Made by a program: the position numbers and the translations under genes. This document shows positions 59,881 to 64,000 of a stretch of DNA of 64,000 nt, piece after piece. Below the pieces are notes generated by a model. That model made no database searches and had not been told where the DNA came from. It worked only from the letters and a program-made list of their open reading frames with translations. The DNA comes from Eledone cirrhosa. Lineage: Eukaryota. Position 1 is the first letter of the stretch, and each line of letters opens with the position of its first letter. Location: positions 84,258,001-84,322,000 of the forward strand of contig OZ024746.1 of NCBI GenBank assembly GCA_964016885.1. The letters run 5' to 3'.

Positions 59881-59883
<3 letters not shown>
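59702..59883 (-). mobile_element. Family B fold-back element in (TA)n
   Basis: Inverted arms ~59780-59828/59837-59885 around CAGAATTA; tail points left. Confidence 0.85.
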
Positions 59884-59976
<93 letters not shown>

Positions 59977-60026
59977 GTTGTGTATAGTGGTAGCTATGGT
60001 GCTGATTTTTCGTTTTCTTTATAATA

Positions 60027-60062
<36 letters not shown>

Positions 60063-60231
60063 TGTATGTATGTATGTATGTATGTATCTATCTATCTTTC
60101 TATCTATGTATGTATGTAAATTAGAAATAGAAGTTTTCGCCATATTTTTTGGCTAAAGAAATTTTAGCCTGATAGTGGGGTTTAGAACCCTCTAAGAAAT
60201 AGAAAAAGATGGGTATTGACGTACATGTATG

Positions 60232-60280
<49 letters not shown>

Positions 60281-60283
<3 letters not shown>

Positions 60284-60448
60284 AACCAGTAAGACCCCGA
60301 CAGCTGAGCTCAAGCCGTTTCGACGTCGAAACGGCTTGAGCTCAGCTGTCGGGGTCTTACTGGTTCCTATTACCCACTCTACTACCTCAAGTATCGAGTA
60401 CTTTGGTGCGTTATGGTCCACCTGGTTCCTTACCACATTTCCTTCGTT
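60281..60448 (+). mobile_element. Family B fold-back element in (TA)n
   Basis: Perfect palindrome centred on GACGTC (60322-60327); tail points right; near-identical to 59702-59883. Confidence 0.85.
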
Positions 60449-60803
60449 ATATATATATTGTCTCAACCAATTCTATCGTCTTCTAAATGTTAATTATTAC
60501 AAGTAACTGCGTAGTGCTAAGCGAATATTCCACAAATCAGACCAATAAATAAATAAATTAGTAAAAAAGAAATTAAAAAGTGCTTTACTATAAGAATCCA
60601 ATCACGAAAGGATATGCGGTGCTAAGTTTTCAATAGTTCGCATACTGGACGAGTGGACATTAAGAAGACAGATCAATAAGCATTCTATGTTTGTTGTTAT
60701 CATTATTAAGCCAATCGATATTTCTCAACATCAATAGCGCTACCTAATTACTCAGGATTACATGAGGATTTTACGATTGATAGTTATTTTTTATGAAAAT
60801 AAC

Positions 60804-60834
<31 letters not shown>

Positions 60835-61099
60835 TGAATCACAGATTTTTGTTTTCAATCTAAAATACATAATGAATAAAAGAATAGCGGTTTCATTTAA
60901 TGCCTGTGTGTGGTTGTATTAGTGTGTATGTATGTATCTATGTATGAGTGTGCGTGCGTGTGTGTGTGTGTAACTGGAAGAGTCAATTCATTGAGGATTG
61001 GGTTGCCGCCTACCCATACCAGATTCCTTTTTTATCCTAACTCAGACCCACCTCGACGATTCCTACTTGGAAGCTGAAGTGAGTGTGAGGATTTTTACC

Positions 61100-62040
61100 A
61101 CCATTTACGTGGATTGCATTAGCAGAAGAAAAAAATGAACTGCCATTTCCATTCGTAACTCTTTTACTGCAGATGCAACGGACCTATTCTGTGATGGCTA
61201 CTGTGAATCGGTCTATGTGCGCAACAAAGCTAATGATTTAACCATTGGGTTCCATAGTCCAACCCAAACGTGCTTCAAAGAACGCCTTAACAATATTAAC
61301 TGTGTTATCCTACAGTACAACTCTGGTAACATTGGTAACTTCAACCTCTCCTGTGTTGACTGGTTGATAAACAGTTTGAACCAAGTATTTCCATCTTAAT
61401 TTCTGACAAAGCCACAGTAGCGTCCATTTTGAACTTTATGGAACTTTATGTTTGCGCCAACAAATACTATCCACAATATTGAGATGCGAGAACTCGCTTC
61501 CTCGAAAGCAACATTCACTTTAATTCCAACCAATATTCCCGCTTTGTTAAGAACTGATGAAAATGGTTTCTGCACCACTTTGATAACATTCTAAAGACTT
61601 TGAAGGAGGACTGCAACACGAGTGTCATCCACTTTGACTTCAGCAAGGTTTTTGACATGGTCGATCACAATATCATGCTAAAGAAACTATCCAGCATTTG
61701 AGTCGTTGTGTGGATTTAGTGATTCCTGGTGACAGGTCCCAGCATGTTGTAATCGAAGGAATACTCTCAAGCCCAGCAAAGCCATTAGTAGTATCCCACA
61801 ATACACTCTGCTAGGTCCACTCCTCTTCATTAATTACATTATTTATATTAATGACCTTAATGAGTTCAAATCCCGCCGAGGTTAACTTTGCCTTTCATCC
61901 TAACGGGGTCGATAAAATAAAGTACCAGTAATACACTGGGATAATTGCTGACCTTGTGCCAAAAGTAGAAACAATTATTTTTATTAATGACATCGTAGAC
62001 GTCATCAAGCACAGCAAAATAAAAATCCTCGCAGATGATT
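61100..62040 (+). pseudogene. Decayed CR1-clade LINE ORF2 (endonuclease remnant plus RT), interrupted by a SINE
   Basis: GNFNLSCVDW (GDFN-like), FDFSKVFDMVDH, IPQYTLLGPLLFI, YIND...KILADD motifs with stops and frameshifts. Confidence 0.8.
61856..61981 (+). mobile_element. 5'-truncated SINE family 1 inserted in the RT remnant
   Basis: TSD TATTAATGAC at 61846-61855 and 61982-61991. Confidence 0.9.
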
Positions 62041-62050
62041 ACGTGTATGC

Positions 62051-62192
<142 letters not shown>

Positions 62193-62534
62193 GTGGCATT
62201 GTTATTTTATTGTTTAACAATAGGTCAGCTCTGATCAATCAAAGATGTGATCGAAGGCGTTCCAGTCGTAACTAAACTGTGTTTATTGGAATTGTAGAAT
62301 CTATAGAATGCCGGGAAAATGCCTTGTGGTATTTGTTCCTACTCTTTATGCTCTATGTTGAAACACTGGCTAGGTCAACCTTGACTTTAATCCTCCGGGA
62401 TCAATAAAATAACGTATCAATCGAGTGCTAAGTCGATTGTTTCCACTAATCCCTCCCTTCAAATTTCTACCTGTGCTAGAAAGGATTGTTGTTGATGTGG
62501 TTGTTGCTGTTACTTCCTCTGTTGTTTATATACG

Positions 62535-62835
62535 CGTCATGGGCGAAAGGTTAAGAAGTCGCTTCATAATCATTTGGTTCCGGGTTCGATCTCACTATAT
62601 GCTATTTTGGGCAAGTGTCTCGGGACCCATTCCTTGTAGTGAAATAGGGTAGACGGAAACTGTTTGGATGCCCGTCGTATTGACTACGCCTCTAACTCAA
62701 AGGGTCAGCCTTGTCACACACTGTATCACGTTAAATTTTTCCGAGTTTTATGTTATGGCTACACGTGTCTGTGGAATGCTCAGCCACTTATACGTTAATT
62801 CGTCTTATAGGTCCTTACGTCGTGACTCTAACCGT
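62535..62835 (+). mobile_element. SINE family 2-related (diverged)
   Basis: GGGTTCGATCTC B box, TTGGGCAAGTGTCT motif, shared 3' segment. Confidence 0.6.
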
Positions 62836-64000
62836 CGCGTTGATTGAATATACCGCTTTCTTTTTAGCAGAAGAGAAAGCAATGACAAACAACACAACCA
62901 GAAACCAGCAGTTATATGTTTCACTAAAATGTTTAGTATTATAAGATGTATTATTCACTACAGTTATAACTTAGCTATTACAGGTTTTGCAAAATCAATT
63001 ATTTAGTAGTTATAATCTAACTATTGACTTACTCAATATGTAACAAGTGTTAAAATTAATCTAATATTTACATAACCTAATACAATGAAAATATAAAAAT
63101 ACAGACTTATAAACTAAAAAGAGAAAAACTTATATTAAATTGCTTGTTCTTATGAGTATATAAAATGGTGGGTGAGTGATGTCTTCTCTTGTGAAAATGG
63201 ATATAGCTTTTATTATGTAACATCTCCCCATTTTGCCTCATTTCTCTCCGTTTTGGGGCACTTTTTTAATGGTACTCCCTGTTTGAGTTTTTAGAGTTTG
63301 GCAGGTCTGAGGATAATTTTGTGGGTTAGTGTAATTGCAGTTACTGTTATTACTAAATCCATTTTCATTTAATTTAGTAATTAACTTTCCATTATTTCAA
63401 TATTATATTTTTTCTTAATCCCTATTAACATGATTTCATTACTTTTCTTTAGACACTTACTTAAGATCTACTTTCTCACTTCCTCGAATAATTCTAGTAG
63501 CGTTACTATGCGAATATTTTACAATTTGGTTCTGAATATATACTAAATATATACTAAATTCACAGATTCTCTGCGAATTTACCCATTTTATTGTTATTTT
63601 TTAATTTCATTTTTATAATTTTGATTTCTAATTTTTGATTCTGTAACAGGCAGATGTCACACAATTTTCCAATTTACTGATCTACTAGATATGGCCTAAT
63701 ATATTTAGAAATAGATATAGCATGGAGTTGTCCGTTTTCCTTTTTTTTCTGATTCTATTCGTCTCTTTACATTTACTAATTTTCAATTATCTCATCCTTT
63801 TTCTTCCATCACATTCACTAATTTTCAGTAACTAATATTTTATTATCTTCTCACTTCTTCAAATAATCTAATTAAATATACATTTGTTTTGTGTCCGACG
63901 TCAGCTCTGTAAGAAAAATTAATTTTTCTTGGCACATACATTGTTGATCTGACTTGAGAGTTGGTCGTACATTATAGAATTTCATTTATACGAATGGAAC

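Overview
AT-rich, repeat-saturated eukaryotic non-coding DNA; the SINE families and the (TA)n/(CA)n/(TACA)n/(GA)n/(TAG)n microsatellite load suggest a cephalopod (Octopus-like) genome, which is an inference. No intact cellular protein-coding gene is supportable: nearly all listed ORFs are microsatellite read-throughs. Recognisable content: many tRNA-derived SINEs, decayed RTE and CR1 LINE fragments, a 5'-truncated RLE-type (R4/Dong-like) retrotransposon sitting in (TACA)n, hAT and mariner-like MITEs, and a complete non-autonomous Helitron. The main hidden signal is a set of short (60-350 bp) elements inserted in (TA)n tracts. Several are fold-backs, carry type I hammerhead ribozyme motifs with compensatory stem changes (some on both strands), and share a small 3' ACTC..GAGT stem-loop across otherwise dissimilar families. 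These are best read as Penelope-like retroelement pseudo-LTR derivatives.
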